Assembly: GCA_966251045.1 (NCBI GenBank)
Contig: CBINJP010000020.1
Location: 388-64,387 of the forward strand
Source of the DNA: an uncultured Sphingomonas sp.
GTDB taxonomy: Bacteria > Pseudomonadota > Alphaproteobacteria > Sphingomonadales > Sphingomonadaceae
DNA: 64,000 nt
Reading direction: 5' to 3'
Under the pieces are notes generated by a model that did no database searches, was not told where the DNA came from, and worked only from the letters and a program-made list of their open reading frames with translations. The position numbers and the translations under genes were made by a program. Shown piece by piece: positions 1 through 8,762 of the stretch; position 1 is the stretch's first letter, and the number at the start of each line of letters is the position of its first letter.

Positions 1-82
1 CTTCCGATTTCTGATCGCTGCGGCCATGCGCCACAGACCGCCTCGCAAATGACCTCACGGGTCCAGACGAGGAGATACGCTC

Positions 83-586
83 ATGATCATCCGCACCTGC
101 CTGAAAGTCGCGCCGCTGGCGCTACTCGCGCTCACGCTCGGCACGCCCGCCACTGCCGCCAATCCGGTACATACCGCCGCACAGGACCCGGCGACCGCCA
201 AGGGCGTGATCCGCCTTCGCAGCACCAAGGACTTCGACGCCACGGTCGCCGCGATCAAGGCGGATATCGCCGCGAAGGGCATCCGCTTCTTCACCGAGAT
301 CGACCAGCAGGCGCTGGGCGCCGAGGCGGGGCTCAAGGTCCGCCGCTCGACGCTGATCCTGTTCGGCAATCCGCCGCTGGGCGTACAGTTCCTCCAGTCC
401 AATCCCTATGCGGGGCTCGACTGGCCGGTGCGGATGCTGGTGCTGGAAGACGAGGCCGGGCAGGTCTGGGTCGCTTGGACCGATTTCGACTGGATCGCCG
501 ACCGCTATGGCATCGCCGATCGGGGGCCGCAGTTCCGCATGGCGAGCATGGTCGCGGCGTCGATCGCGTCTTCGGCCAATCGCTGA
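83..586 (+). CDS. DUF302 domain-containing secreted protein
   Basis: 167-aa ORF with a GAGGAG Shine-Dalgarno 7 nt upstream of the ATG. Has a signal peptide (LALLALTLGTPATAA). The core STLILFGNPPLG...GLDWPVRMLVLEDEAGQVWVAW fits my recollection of DUF302. Confidence 0.75.
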   Translation: MIIRTCLKVAPLALLALTLGTPATAANPVHTAAQDPATAKGVIRLRSTKDFDATVAAIKADIAAKGIRFFTEIDQQALGAEAGLKVRRSTLILFGNPPLGVQFLQSNPYAGLDWPVRMLVLEDEAGQVWVAWTDFDWIADRYGIADRGPQFRMASMVAASIASSANR

Positions 587-589
587 GCA

Positions 590-1528
590 ATGCCCGTCAT
601 GATCGAGAGCGCGGGCTTCGCGCTCGCGCTGCTCTGCGCGGTGCTGATGGGCTATGGCGTCCAGCGCGGCGCGACCTGCGCCGTTTCGGCGATGGACGAG
701 ATCGTCAGCAAGCGCAGCGCGCGCAAGCTGATCGCCATTATCGAGGCGGGGCTGTGGGTCGCGGGCGGATTGCTCGTGTTGCGCGCGCTGGGCCTGACCA
801 TGGCGACGCCCACCGGCTATGCGGTGGGCGCGTCGACCGTGGCGGGCGGGATGCTGCTCGGGCTCGGCGCGTTGGTGAACCGGGCCTGCGTGTTCGGCAC
901 GGTCGCGCGGATCGGATCGGGGGAGTGGGTCTATCTGCTCACACCGATCGGATTCCTCGCCGGCTGTTTCGTGGCCGCGCCCTACGCCCTGCCGCTTCGG
1001 GCCGAGGCGATCTCGCCGGTCATCACCGCGTCCCTCTATCTGCTCATCCCCTTCGCATTGCTCGCGCTCTGGCGTTTGTGGCAGGCCGGACGCGCCGCAC
1101 GATCGGGCGCGCTCGCGCGCCATATCTGGTCGCCGCACATGGCGACCGTGGTGATCGGCATCGCCTTCGTCATCATGCTGATCACCGTGGGCAGCTGGGC
1201 CTATACCGAGGCACTTGCCGATTTCGCGATGGGCAAGATCGGCGGGCTTAATCCGCGCATGATCCTGCTTGGCGGGCTGTTCGCCGGATCGGTGCTGGCC
1301 GGATGGATCGGCGGGCAGATCAGGCACCAGCGGCCGACGCTCGGCGTGGCACTCCGCTGCCTTGCGGGCGGCGCGCTGCTCGGCGCTGGCGGGGTGCTGG
1401 TGCCCGGAAGCAATGACGGGCTGTTGCTGCTCGGCATCCCGCTGCTCCAGCCCCATGCCTGGCTGGCCTTCGCGATGATGATGGCAGCGATCTGGATCGG
1501 GCTGGTCGCGATGCGGCGCCTGGCATGA
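590..1528 (+). CDS. YeeE/YedE family inner-membrane protein (putative sulfur-compound transporter)
   Basis: 312-aa polytopic ORF that starts 4 nt after the DUF302 stop. It has two halves, each with a G-x-C motif (GATCAVSA; NRACVFG) typical of YeeE/YedE. DUF302 is a frequent neighbour of this family. Confidence 0.65.
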   Translation: MPVMIESAGFALALLCAVLMGYGVQRGATCAVSAMDEIVSKRSARKLIAIIEAGLWVAGGLLVLRALGLTMATPTGYAVGASTVAGGMLLGLGALVNRACVFGTVARIGSGEWVYLLTPIGFLAGCFVAAPYALPLRAEAISPVITASLYLLIPFALLALWRLWQAGRAARSGALARHIWSPHMATVVIGIAFVIMLITVGSWAYTEALADFAMGKIGGLNPRMILLGGLFAGSVLAGWIGGQIRHQRPTLGVALRCLAGGALLGAGGVLVPGSNDGLLLLGIPLLQPHAWLAFAMMMAAIWIGLVAMRRLA

Positions 1529-2256
1529 TCGGTCCCGCGATCGGGCTGGCCGGGCTCGCCGCGCGCGTGCCCGGCTGGCTGGCCTGTCCCGCGCGTTCGC
1601 CCGCCGCGCGCCGATACGAGCGCGCGGCGCTGGCCGGGATCGCGCGGGGCTTCCGCATTGCGCTGGAGGTCGAAGGCCTGCGGGCCGATGGCCCCACGCT
1701 GTTCGCCGCCAATCATGTGAGCTGGGCGGACATTGCCGTGCTCGGAAGCTTCCTCGACGCCGATTTCGTATCGCGCGCCGATGTCGCGGACTGGCCGCTG
1801 ATCGGCCCGCTCGCGCGCCGCGTCGCGCCGGTCTTTGTCGCGCGCCATTGCCGCGCCACGACTGCCACGCAGGCCGACGCGATCCGCGCGCGATTGAGTG
1901 CCGGGCGATCGGTGCTGCTCTTCGCCGAAGGGACAACCTCGGATGGCGCGGACGTGCTGCCGTTCCGCTCGAGCCTCTTCGACGCCGCCGATGCGGCGCG
2001 GACGGTCCAGCCGGTGATGTTGCGCTATCTGACTCGCGACGGCGATGCGCTCGATGCGGCGCGGATGCGCGAGATCGCGTGGATCGGCGACGACCGCTTC
2101 CTGCCCAACGCCATCGCCCTCGCGCGCTCACCCGTGCTGGCGCGTATCGCCTTTCTCCGGCCGCTCGATCCGGCCACGCCGCGCAAGTCGCTCGCCGCCG
2201 AAGCGCGCGAGCGGATCCGCGCGGCTTATGCCGCCGCCCCGAACCGGTCGAGATAA
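1525..2256 (+). CDS. olsA: Lysophospholipid (1-acyl-sn-glycerol-3-phosphate-type) acyltransferase, probable lyso-ornithine-lipid acyltransferase OlsA
   Basis: Carries the HX4D motif (NHVSWAD) and the EGT motif (LLFAEGTTSDG) of the PlsC/LPLAT family. Its ATGA start/stop overlaps the upstream gene. It lies next to an OlsB-like gene. Confidence 0.7.
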   Translation: MIGPAIGLAGLAARVPGWLACPARSPAARRYERAALAGIARGFRIALEVEGLRADGPTLFAANHVSWADIAVLGSFLDADFVSRADVADWPLIGPLARRVAPVFVARHCRATTATQADAIRARLSAGRSVLLFAEGTTSDGADVLPFRSSLFDAADAARTVQPVMLRYLTRDGDALDAARMREIAWIGDDRFLPNAIALARSPVLARIAFLRPLDPATPRKSLAAEARERIRAAYAAAPNRSR

Positions 2257-2993
2257 CGCGCCGAAATCGCCTCCACCGGCACCGCCAGGAAGACATCCAC
2301 GGTATTGAATTGATGATCGATCACCGCCCCATCGCCCACCATCGCGCCGACGCGCAGATAGCCCTTGATGAGCGGGGGCAGCATCCGCATCGCCTGACGC
2401 GGATCGTAACCGCCCACAGGGAGCGTGTTCATCTCCACGCGCCGTCCGGGCAGCGCCCGGGCGCGCATCGGCGCCGGCGCCAGATGGTTGTGGAAGAGAT
2501 AGGCGAGCGGCGCGGCATGCGCTGCGGGATCGACGCCGGGAAAGCTCGCGCAGCCGAACATCCGGCTGATCCCGTGCCGGGTGAGATAGTGCGCAATTCC
2601 GCGCCACAGCAGCTGGATCGTCCCAGCGTCGCGATACTCGGGCGCGACGCACGAGCGGCCGAGCTCGAGCAGCTCGCCCGTCGCCGAACCGAGCATTGGC
2701 GCGATCTCATATTCGCCCGCGGTGTAGAAGCCCGAATGGCGCTCGGCGACGCTCTGCCGCAGCAGCCGGTAGGTGCCGACGACCCGGCCATGATCCTCGA
2801 CGAGAAGATGATCGCAGACCGCGTCATACGGATCCTGGTCGAGCCCCGCCGGGCTCGCCGGATCGGGCGTCGCGCCCATGTCGCCATAGAAGATGTCCCA
2901 GCGCAGCCGCTGCGCGGCCTCGATATCGGCGGGGCAATCGGCGAGGCGGACGCTGAGCTGGCGCGGCCGCGCGGGATCGGCAAGCGAGATCAT
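2226..2993 (-). CDS. olsB: Ornithine-acyl-ACP N-acyltransferase-like GNAT (OlsB / hemolysin-like family)
   Basis: ATG at 2993 (MISLADPARPRQLSVRLA...). Motifs AQRLRWDIFYGDMG and YDAVCDHLLVED are typical of OlsB-type acyltransferases. Its 3' end overlaps olsA convergently by 31 nt. Confidence 0.7.
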   Translation of the reverse strand: MISLADPARPRQLSVRLADCPADIEAAQRLRWDIFYGDMGATPDPASPAGLDQDPYDAVCDHLLVEDHGRVVGTYRLLRQSVAERHSGFYTAGEYEIAPMLGSATGELLELGRSCVAPEYRDAGTIQLLWRGIAHYLTRHGISRMFGCASFPGVDPAAHAAPLAYLFHNHLAPAPMRARALPGRRVEMNTLPVGGYDPRQAMRMLPPLIKGYLRVGAMVGDGAVIDHQFNTVDVFLAVPVEAISARYLDRFGAAA

Positions 2994-3076
2994 GGCATGA
3001 TTCCTATCTGCATGACTGGTGAAGTTCGTTGTGGGCGGGTAATGACCGGTCGAACCGGGCGGAGGCACTGACGCCG

Positions 3077-4012
3077 ATGGAGATGCAGCAGGTCCGCTAT
3101 TTCGTGGCGCTGGCGCGGACGCTTAATTTCACGCGCGCGGCGGAGCAGTGCAATGTCAGCCAGCCGGCGCTGACTCGCGCGATCCAGCAGCTCGAGCATG
3201 AGCTGGGCGGCCCGCTGTTCAATCGCGAGCGTAACAACACCCACCTTTCCGAACTTGGCCGGATGATGCTGCCCTATCTGGAGACGGTGGAGGCATCGAC
3301 TCGCGCGGCCAAGGACGCGGCCAAATCGGCGAAGAAGCTCGACGGGGTGACGCTGACGATCGGCGCGATGTGCACGATCGGGCCGCAGCTCGTTTCCGAT
3401 CTGATGGTCCGCTTCCAGGCGGCCAATCCGGGGATCGAAGTCCGCGTCATCGATTCCGCGCCCGATGTGATGGTCGAGCGGCTCGAGAAGGGCGAGCTGG
3501 AGATCGCGATCCTTGGCATCCCCGAGGAACTTCCCGAGAGCCTGCACCAGTTGCCCGTCTTCCAGGAACGGTTCGTGGTCGTGCTGCCGCAGAACCACCA
3601 CCTGCTCGCGCGCAATCCGGTGCGGGTCGCCGATCTGCACGACGAGCCCTATGTCGCGCGCACCAATTGCGAAGTGTTCGACGTCGTCCATGCAGACTTC
3701 AAGCGGCGCGGTGTGCTCACGCGGAAAGTGTTCAGCAGCCCGCGCGACGATTGGGTTCAGGGGATGATCCAGGCCGGGCTCGGCCTTGGCTTCTTCCCCG
3801 AATATTGCGTGACCAATCCGGAAGTGGCGGTACGCCCGCTTGTCGATCCGGGCTATTCGCGCACCATCTATCTGGCGACGGTACGCGGGCGTCCGCATTC
3901 GCCGGCGGTGGGCGCGTTCGTGCGGGAGGCGCGGCGGCATCAATGGCCATCGCCCAATCCGGAGCTCTGGGCGGGGCTGCAGCCGCCTCCGGACGTCGAG
4001 AGCATATCGTGA
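3077..4012 (+). CDS. LysR family transcriptional regulator
   Basis: Internal ATG at 3077 gives MEMQQVRYFVALARTLNFTRAAEQCNVSQPALTRAIQQLE, a canonical LysR winged-HTH, followed by a substrate-binding domain. It is divergent from olsB. Confidence 0.85.
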   Translation: MEMQQVRYFVALARTLNFTRAAEQCNVSQPALTRAIQQLEHELGGPLFNRERNNTHLSELGRMMLPYLETVEASTRAAKDAAKSAKKLDGVTLTIGAMCTIGPQLVSDLMVRFQAANPGIEVRVIDSAPDVMVERLEKGELEIAILGIPEELPESLHQLPVFQERFVVVLPQNHHLLARNPVRVADLHDEPYVARTNCEVFDVVHADFKRRGVLTRKVFSSPRDDWVQGMIQAGLGLGFFPEYCVTNPEVAVRPLVDPGYSRTIYLATVRGRPHSPAVGAFVREARRHQWPSPNPELWAGLQPPPDVESIS

Positions 4013-4353
4013 CAGCCGACGAGCGCGTTTAGCGCCGCCGGAAACCCCGCAAAGACGGCGACCTGCATGATCGCCTCGATCAGCTCCTCGCGCGTCCAGC
4101 CAAGGGTGAGCGCGGCGGCGACATGCACGCGCAACTGCGGCAGCGCATTGCCCATCGCGGCCAGCGCGGAAATCGCCGCGATCTCGCGGATCTTGAGGTC
4201 GAGGCCGGGCCGGGAAAACAGCTCGCCATAGGGAAAGGCGATCGCCATCCGCGCGAAGTCGGGCGCCACTTCGGCGGCGCGGTTCGCGGTGGTCTCGCTG
4301 ATGGCGCTCATCCGCGCCAGCACTTCCACGCCCAGGCGGTAGCTGTCGGTCAT
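3940..4353 (-). CDS. Carboxymuconolactone decarboxylase (CMD/AhpD-like) family protein
   Basis: ATG at 4353 (MTDSYRLGVEVL...). LDLKIREIAAISALAAMG...QLRVHVAAALTLGWTREELIEAIMQVAVFAGFPAALNAL is a typical CMD domain. The first 65 codons of the ORF-track entry are Arg/Pro-rich and were discarded. Confidence 0.75.
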   Translation of the reverse strand: MTDSYRLGVEVLARMSAISETTANRAAEVAPDFARMAIAFPYGELFSRPGLDLKIREIAAISALAAMGNALPQLRVHVAAALTLGWTREELIEAIMQVAVFAGFPAALNALVGCHDMLSTSGGGCSPAQSSGLGDGH

Positions 4354-4468
4354 CCGCAGACTCTCGGAAAAGGGGGGCGCGACGCCGCCGCATCCTCTCA
4401 GAAGACGGCGCCGCGCCTTGTGCCGGCGGGTCAGGGAAGGAGTCCCGCCGGCACCTGGGGGCTCGGGA

Positions 4469-4939
4469 TCAGTCGTCGGCCTTGACGTCCGCCGACAGCA
4501 GCACGGCGGGCATGCGGCCATTGTTGCGCCAGTAATGGCTGATGCCATCGGCCTCGCGCGAGACGTCGCCGGCGCGGTGCGTGATCGGGGTGGCGCAGTT
4601 GCTGCGATATTCGGTGATCTCGCCCGAAACGACCGTGATCAGCGCCGGACGGCCCTTGTGGCTGTGCATCGGCACGACGCCGCCGGGCTGAACCACGAGG
4701 CGGCGCAGGCGCAGATCGCGGCCGGCGACGCCGATCTCATTGTCCAGATCGATCGCACCGATGATGTCGTCGGTGACCTTCATCGGCATGGTGGGAGCGC
4801 CGGCGAGCGCATTGGCGGCCTGCTGGCCGGCCGGGCATTCGCCGAGCGTGGTCGCCTGGGCCGGAGCGGCGAGGGCGAAGGGGGCGGCCGCGGCAATCAT
4901 CGCCACGGCCAGACGGGTCTTGGTCAAACGCATTGCCAT
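4469..4939 (-). CDS. Secreted cupin domain protein
   Basis: ATG at 4939 (MAMRLTKTRLAVAMIAAAAPFALAAPAQA is a signal peptide). The cupin core is VVQPGGVVPMHSHKGRPALITVVSGEI...ADGISHYWRN. Confidence 0.75.
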   Translation of the reverse strand: MAMRLTKTRLAVAMIAAAAPFALAAPAQATTLGECPAGQQAANALAGAPTMPMKVTDDIIGAIDLDNEIGVAGRDLRLRRLVVQPGGVVPMHSHKGRPALITVVSGEITEYRSNCATPITHRAGDVSREADGISHYWRNNGRMPAVLLSADVKADD

Positions 4940-5174
4940 GTCCTTTGTCTGTTGAACGGGATCACGGAGCGCCGGCCGTCGGCACAGGGGGCGCGAAGAG
5001 GGGAGTGAGACGCCTGTGTGGCGGCCAGTGCCCCGTGACGGCCTTCCAACTAGACCGGGGTTCGCGGGCATTACATTCGATTGTCGGCATTGATTCGATG
5101 CACGATCCGTATTTCCGTCGCGCACCGCCTTTCCCGCATCCTTGGGCCATCGAGATTCCCCAAGGAGATTTGAA

Positions 5175-5996
5175 ATGCATGTCGAGATTCTGGAGCGCGT
5201 CGATGCGAGCAAACCGCTCAGCGGGCGCATCGCCATCGTCACCGGATCGACCAGCGGCATCGGGCTGGGCATCGCCCGCGCGCTCGCCGCCGCCGGCGCC
5301 GATGTGGTGATCAACGGCCTCGGCGCGCCGCGCGACATCGAGATCACCTGCGATTCGATCCAGTGCGACTGCGGTACCCGGGTCGCCTATAATGGCGCCA
5401 ACCTGATGGATCCCGCGGGTGCCCGCGCGCTGGTCGAAGAGACGATCGACCTGTTCGGGCGGGTCGACATCCTCGTCAACAATGCCGGCATCCAGCATGT
5501 CAGCCCGATCGAGGATTTCCCGCCCGAGAAATGGGATGCGATCATCGCGCTCAATCTCTCGGCCGCCTTCCACACCATCCACGCCGCGTTCGGCGCGATG
5601 AAGGATCGCGGCTGGGGCCGGATCATCAATGTCGCCTCCGCCCATGCATTGGTCGCCTCGCCCTTCAAGTCCGCCTATGTCGCCGCCAAGCATGGCGTGC
5701 TGGGGCTGACCAAGGTGGTCGCGCTGGAAGGCGCGCGCTTCGGCGTCACCTGCAACGCGATCTGCCCCGGCTATGTCTGGACGCCTTTGGTCGAGAACCA
5801 GATCGAGGCGACCGCGATGGCGCGCGGGATCAGCCGCGAGGCGGTGATCCAGGACGTGCTGCTCGCCGCCCAGCCGAGCAAGCGCTTCGCCGAAGTCGAG
5901 GAGCTGGGCGCGCTCGCGCTGTTCCTGTGCGGCGAGGGCGGCAAGTCGGTGACCGGCGCGGCGTTGCCCGTCGATGGCGGGTGGACCGCGCAATGA
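5175..5996 (+). CDS. bdhA: 3-hydroxybutyrate dehydrogenase (short-chain dehydrogenase/reductase)
   Basis: AAGGAG RBS at 5162-5167 and ATG at 5175. Has the TGSTSGIGLGIA Rossmann motif, NNAG, the catalytic S...YxxxK (SAYVAAKHG) and a PGYVWTPLVE segment typical of BdhA-type SDRs. Confidence 0.8.
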   Translation: MHVEILERVDASKPLSGRIAIVTGSTSGIGLGIARALAAAGADVVINGLGAPRDIEITCDSIQCDCGTRVAYNGANLMDPAGARALVEETIDLFGRVDILVNNAGIQHVSPIEDFPPEKWDAIIALNLSAAFHTIHAAFGAMKDRGWGRIINVASAHALVASPFKSAYVAAKHGVLGLTKVVALEGARFGVTCNAICPGYVWTPLVENQIEATAMARGISREAVIQDVLLAAQPSKRFAEVEELGALALFLCGEGGKSVTGAALPVDGGWTAQ

Positions 5997-6132
5997 TGCC
6001 GCACCTCACCCTGCGGCCCGAGCTGGCGGCATGCTTCGCCGTCCGCCACGCGAGCCCCGCCCCCGCCCCCGCCGCGCCGCCGCGTCCGGCGGGCGGCGTG
6101 CTGCGCGAGCTCGAACGCTACCGGAGGCCGCG

Positions 6133-7383
6133 ATGACGCGGCCGCATATCGTCATCGTCGGCGCCGGTTTTGGCGGCCTCGCCGCCGCGCGCGCGTTGCG
6201 CCGGGCGGACGCCGAGGTGACGCTGATCGACCAGCGCAACCATCATTTGTTCCAGCCCTTGCTCTATCAGGTGGCGACTGCCGGACTTTCGCCCGCCGAT
6301 ATCGCCGAGCCGATCCGCGCGATCGTGCGCGGCCATCGCAACACCCGCGTGCTGCTCGGCCGGGTGGCCGGGGTGGATTCCGCGGCGCGCGAAGTGGCGC
6401 TCGAGTGCGGCCGCACGCTCGCCTATGACTGGCTGATCCTCGCGACCGGCGCGCGGCACAGCTATTTCGGCCAGGACGGCTGGGCCGAGCACGCCCCGGG
6501 CATCAAGACGATCGACGATGCGACGGCAGTCCGCCGCAAGGTGCTGCTCGCCTTCGAGCGCGCCGAGTCCGAGCCCGATCCGGCGCGCCGCCGCGCATTG
6601 CTGACCTTCGTGGTGATCGGCGGCGGACCGACTGGCGTCGAGATGGCGGGCGCGATCGCCGAGCTGGCGCGGCTCTCGGTCTCGAGCGATTTCCGCACCA
6701 TCACGCCGCATTGCTCGCGGGTCGTGCTGGTCGAGGGCGGCGAGCGGCTGCTCGGTAGCTTTCCCGAAACGCTGTCGGCCAAGGCGCGCGCGGCGGTCGA
6801 GCAGCTGGGCGTCGAGGTCCGCACCGGGCTGGCGGTCAGCGCAATCGATGCCGAGGGCGTGACCGTCGGCAACGAGCGCATCCCCAGCCACACCGCGGTC
6901 TGGGCGGCGGGCGTCCGCGCCTCCCCCGCCGCGGCCTGGCTGAATGCGCCGAGCGACCGCGCCGGCCGCGTGATCGTCGGGCCCAATCTGCAGGTGCTAG
7001 GCCATGCCGATGTCTTCGCGATCGGCGATACCGCCGCCTGCACCGACGCAAACGGCAGGGTGCTCCCCGGCGTCGCCCCGGTCGCCAAGCAGCAGGGCCG
7101 CTATGTAGCCCAGGTGATCCAGGGCCGGACGCGGCGGGCGTTCCGTTACAGGGACTATGGCAATCTCGCCACGATCGGCCGCCACCGCGCCGTGATCGAT
7201 TTCGGCTGGCTGCGCATGTCGGGCACGCTCGCCTGGCTGGTCTGGTGCACCGCGCACATCTTCTTCCTCGCCGGTTTCCGCAACCGCCTCGCGGTCGGCG
7301 CCACCTGGCTGTGGAACTACCTCACCTTCGAACGCGGCGCCCGGCTCATCACCGGCGACGCCCCCCGTGGAGATTTGCAATGA
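6133..7383 (+). CDS. ndh: Type II NADH:quinone oxidoreductase (NDH-2 family FAD/NAD(P)-dependent oxidoreductase)
   Basis: ATG at 6133 (MTRPHIVIVGAGFGGLAAA). A second dinucleotide fold is present (FVVIGGGPTGVEMAGA), plus GDTA and a C-terminal membrane-anchoring segment. The upstream 53 codons in the ORF track are Arg/Pro junk. Confidence 0.8.
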   Translation: MTRPHIVIVGAGFGGLAAARALRRADAEVTLIDQRNHHLFQPLLYQVATAGLSPADIAEPIRAIVRGHRNTRVLLGRVAGVDSAAREVALECGRTLAYDWLILATGARHSYFGQDGWAEHAPGIKTIDDATAVRRKVLLAFERAESEPDPARRRALLTFVVIGGGPTGVEMAGAIAELARLSVSSDFRTITPHCSRVVLVEGGERLLGSFPETLSAKARAAVEQLGVEVRTGLAVSAIDAEGVTVGNERIPSHTAVWAAGVRASPAAAWLNAPSDRAGRVIVGPNLQVLGHADVFAIGDTAACTDANGRVLPGVAPVAKQQGRYVAQVIQGRTRRAFRYRDYGNLATIGRHRAVIDFGWLRMSGTLAWLVWCTAHIFFLAGFRNRLAVGATWLWNYLTFERGARLITGDAPRGDLQ

Positions 7384-8528
7384 ACGACCAACTCAAGGCC
7401 GAACTGGCCGATCTGGGCCAGCAGGTACTGGTGCTTCAGGGCGGCGGCGCGCTCGGCGCCTATCAGGTCGGCGTCTATCAGGCGCTGCACGAGGCCGGAG
7501 TCGAGCCCGACTGGGTGATCGGCACCTCGATCGGTGCGATCAACGCCGCGATCATCGCGGGCAGCTCCAAGGCGGAGCGGATGGAGCGGCTGCGCGAGTT
7601 CTGGAAGCGCGTCGAGCATGGGCACTTCTTCGACGAATTGCTGCCCACCCAGCTCTCCGCGCCGCTGCGCAACATGAGCGCGGTGATGGGCGGGCTGCCG
7701 GCCTTCTTCCAGCCGAACCTTTCGGCCTTTCTCAGCCCGCACGCGCATCTGGGGGCCGAGGGCGCGGGTTATTATTCGGTCGATCCGCTGCGCGAGACGC
7801 TTGCCGACCTGGTCGATTTCGAGCTGATCAACGGATGCGAGGTGCGGCTGACCGTCGGCGCGTCGAACGTGCGGACCAGCGAGATGAAATATTTCGACTC
7901 GCGCGACATGCCGCTCGATATCCGTCACGTCATGGCCTCGGGGGCGCTGCCGCCCGCCTTCCCGGCGGTCAGGATCGACGACGAGCTCTATTGGGACGGC
8001 GGCATCCTGTCGAACACGCCGGTCGAAGTGGTGTTCGACGATAATCCGCGCCGCAACTCGATGGTCTATGCCGTCCATATCTGGAACCCGCACGGCGCCG
8101 AGCCCCAGACGATCTGGGAAGTGATGAACCGCCAGAAGGACGTCCAATATTCGAGCCGTTCGGCAACGCACATCCAGCGCCAGCGCCAGCTCCACAAGCT
8201 GCGCCACATCATCACCGAACTCGCGGCCCTGCTGCCCGCCGATCGCGCGACCAATGCCGATGTCTCGGCTATGGCCGCCTATGGCTGCCCGACGCGAATG
8301 CACGTGATCCGGCTGCTCGCCCCCGCGCTCGAATGCGAGGACCATTCAAAGGACATCGATTTCAGCCCCTCGGGCATCCGCGCGCGCTGGGACGCCGGCT
8401 ATCGCGATACGGTGCGCACGCTCGAGCAGGCGCCGTGGCGCGATGAGGTCGATCCGCTCGAAGGCTTTGTGCTGCACGAGGCGATGGGCGGGCAGATGGT
8501 CGAGACCCCGGCCGGGAGGCCGGTGTGA
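7380..8528 (+). CDS. Patatin-like phospholipase
   Basis: ATG at 7380 overlaps the ndh stop (ATGA). Has the oxyanion motif GGGALGAYQVG, the nucleophile elbow GTSIGA and the DGG Asp motif (WDGGILSNTP). Confidence 0.85.
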   Translation: MNDQLKAELADLGQQVLVLQGGGALGAYQVGVYQALHEAGVEPDWVIGTSIGAINAAIIAGSSKAERMERLREFWKRVEHGHFFDELLPTQLSAPLRNMSAVMGGLPAFFQPNLSAFLSPHAHLGAEGAGYYSVDPLRETLADLVDFELINGCEVRLTVGASNVRTSEMKYFDSRDMPLDIRHVMASGALPPAFPAVRIDDELYWDGGILSNTPVEVVFDDNPRRNSMVYAVHIWNPHGAEPQTIWEVMNRQKDVQYSSRSATHIQRQRQLHKLRHIITELAALLPADRATNADVSAMAAYGCPTRMHVIRLLAPALECEDHSKDIDFSPSGIRARWDAGYRDTVRTLEQAPWRDEVDPLEGFVLHEAMGGQMVETPAGRPV

Positions 8529-8626
8529 TGCGGCTCGTCATTGTCTTCGCCTTCTTCGCCCTGTGCCTCGGATCGATCGCCGACCGCAAGCCGCACTTCC
8601 CGCCGAGCCAGGCGAGGGTGCTGTGA
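8528..8626 (+). CDS. Possible 32-aa hydrophobic mini-protein (hypothetical)
   Basis: ATG overlaps the patatin stop (TGATG). Sequence is MRLVIVFAFFALCLGSIADRKPHFPPSQARVL. 30 of 32 codons end in G/C (hand count), consistent with coding, but there is no homology evidence. Confidence 0.25.
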   Translation: MRLVIVFAFFALCLGSIADRKPHFPPSQARVL

Positions 8627-8762
8627 AGCGCCGCATCGTCCCGCGGCCCGCGATTCCCGGACCGCTTCCCCATCCAAGCTGGTCGCGGGAAGATCGCGTT
8701 CAGACCGAACCGCGCGAGCGCAAGCGGCTGATGCTACGTTTCTGGAAGGCGGTGGATTCGGA

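Noticed and set aside
122-2296. 724-aa minus-strand ORF spanning the DUF302, YeeE and OlsA genes
   Set aside because: Its composition is extremely rich in Arg/Ala/Gly/Pro and it carries no motifs. It lies antisense to three ORFs that have clear family signatures. This is a typical shadow ORF of high-GC DNA.
5974-6132. ORF-track N-terminal extensions (ndh from 5974, patatin from 7245, LysR from 60100 and 3029, dgcA from 62137, GMC from 25306, cupin from 5347, CMD from 4548, kinase-like from 27963)
   Set aside because: The extensions are Arg/Pro/Ala-rich, overlap upstream genes and precede internal ATGs. Those ATGs give canonical N-termini (Rossmann folds, HTH motifs, signal peptides), so downstream starts were chosen.
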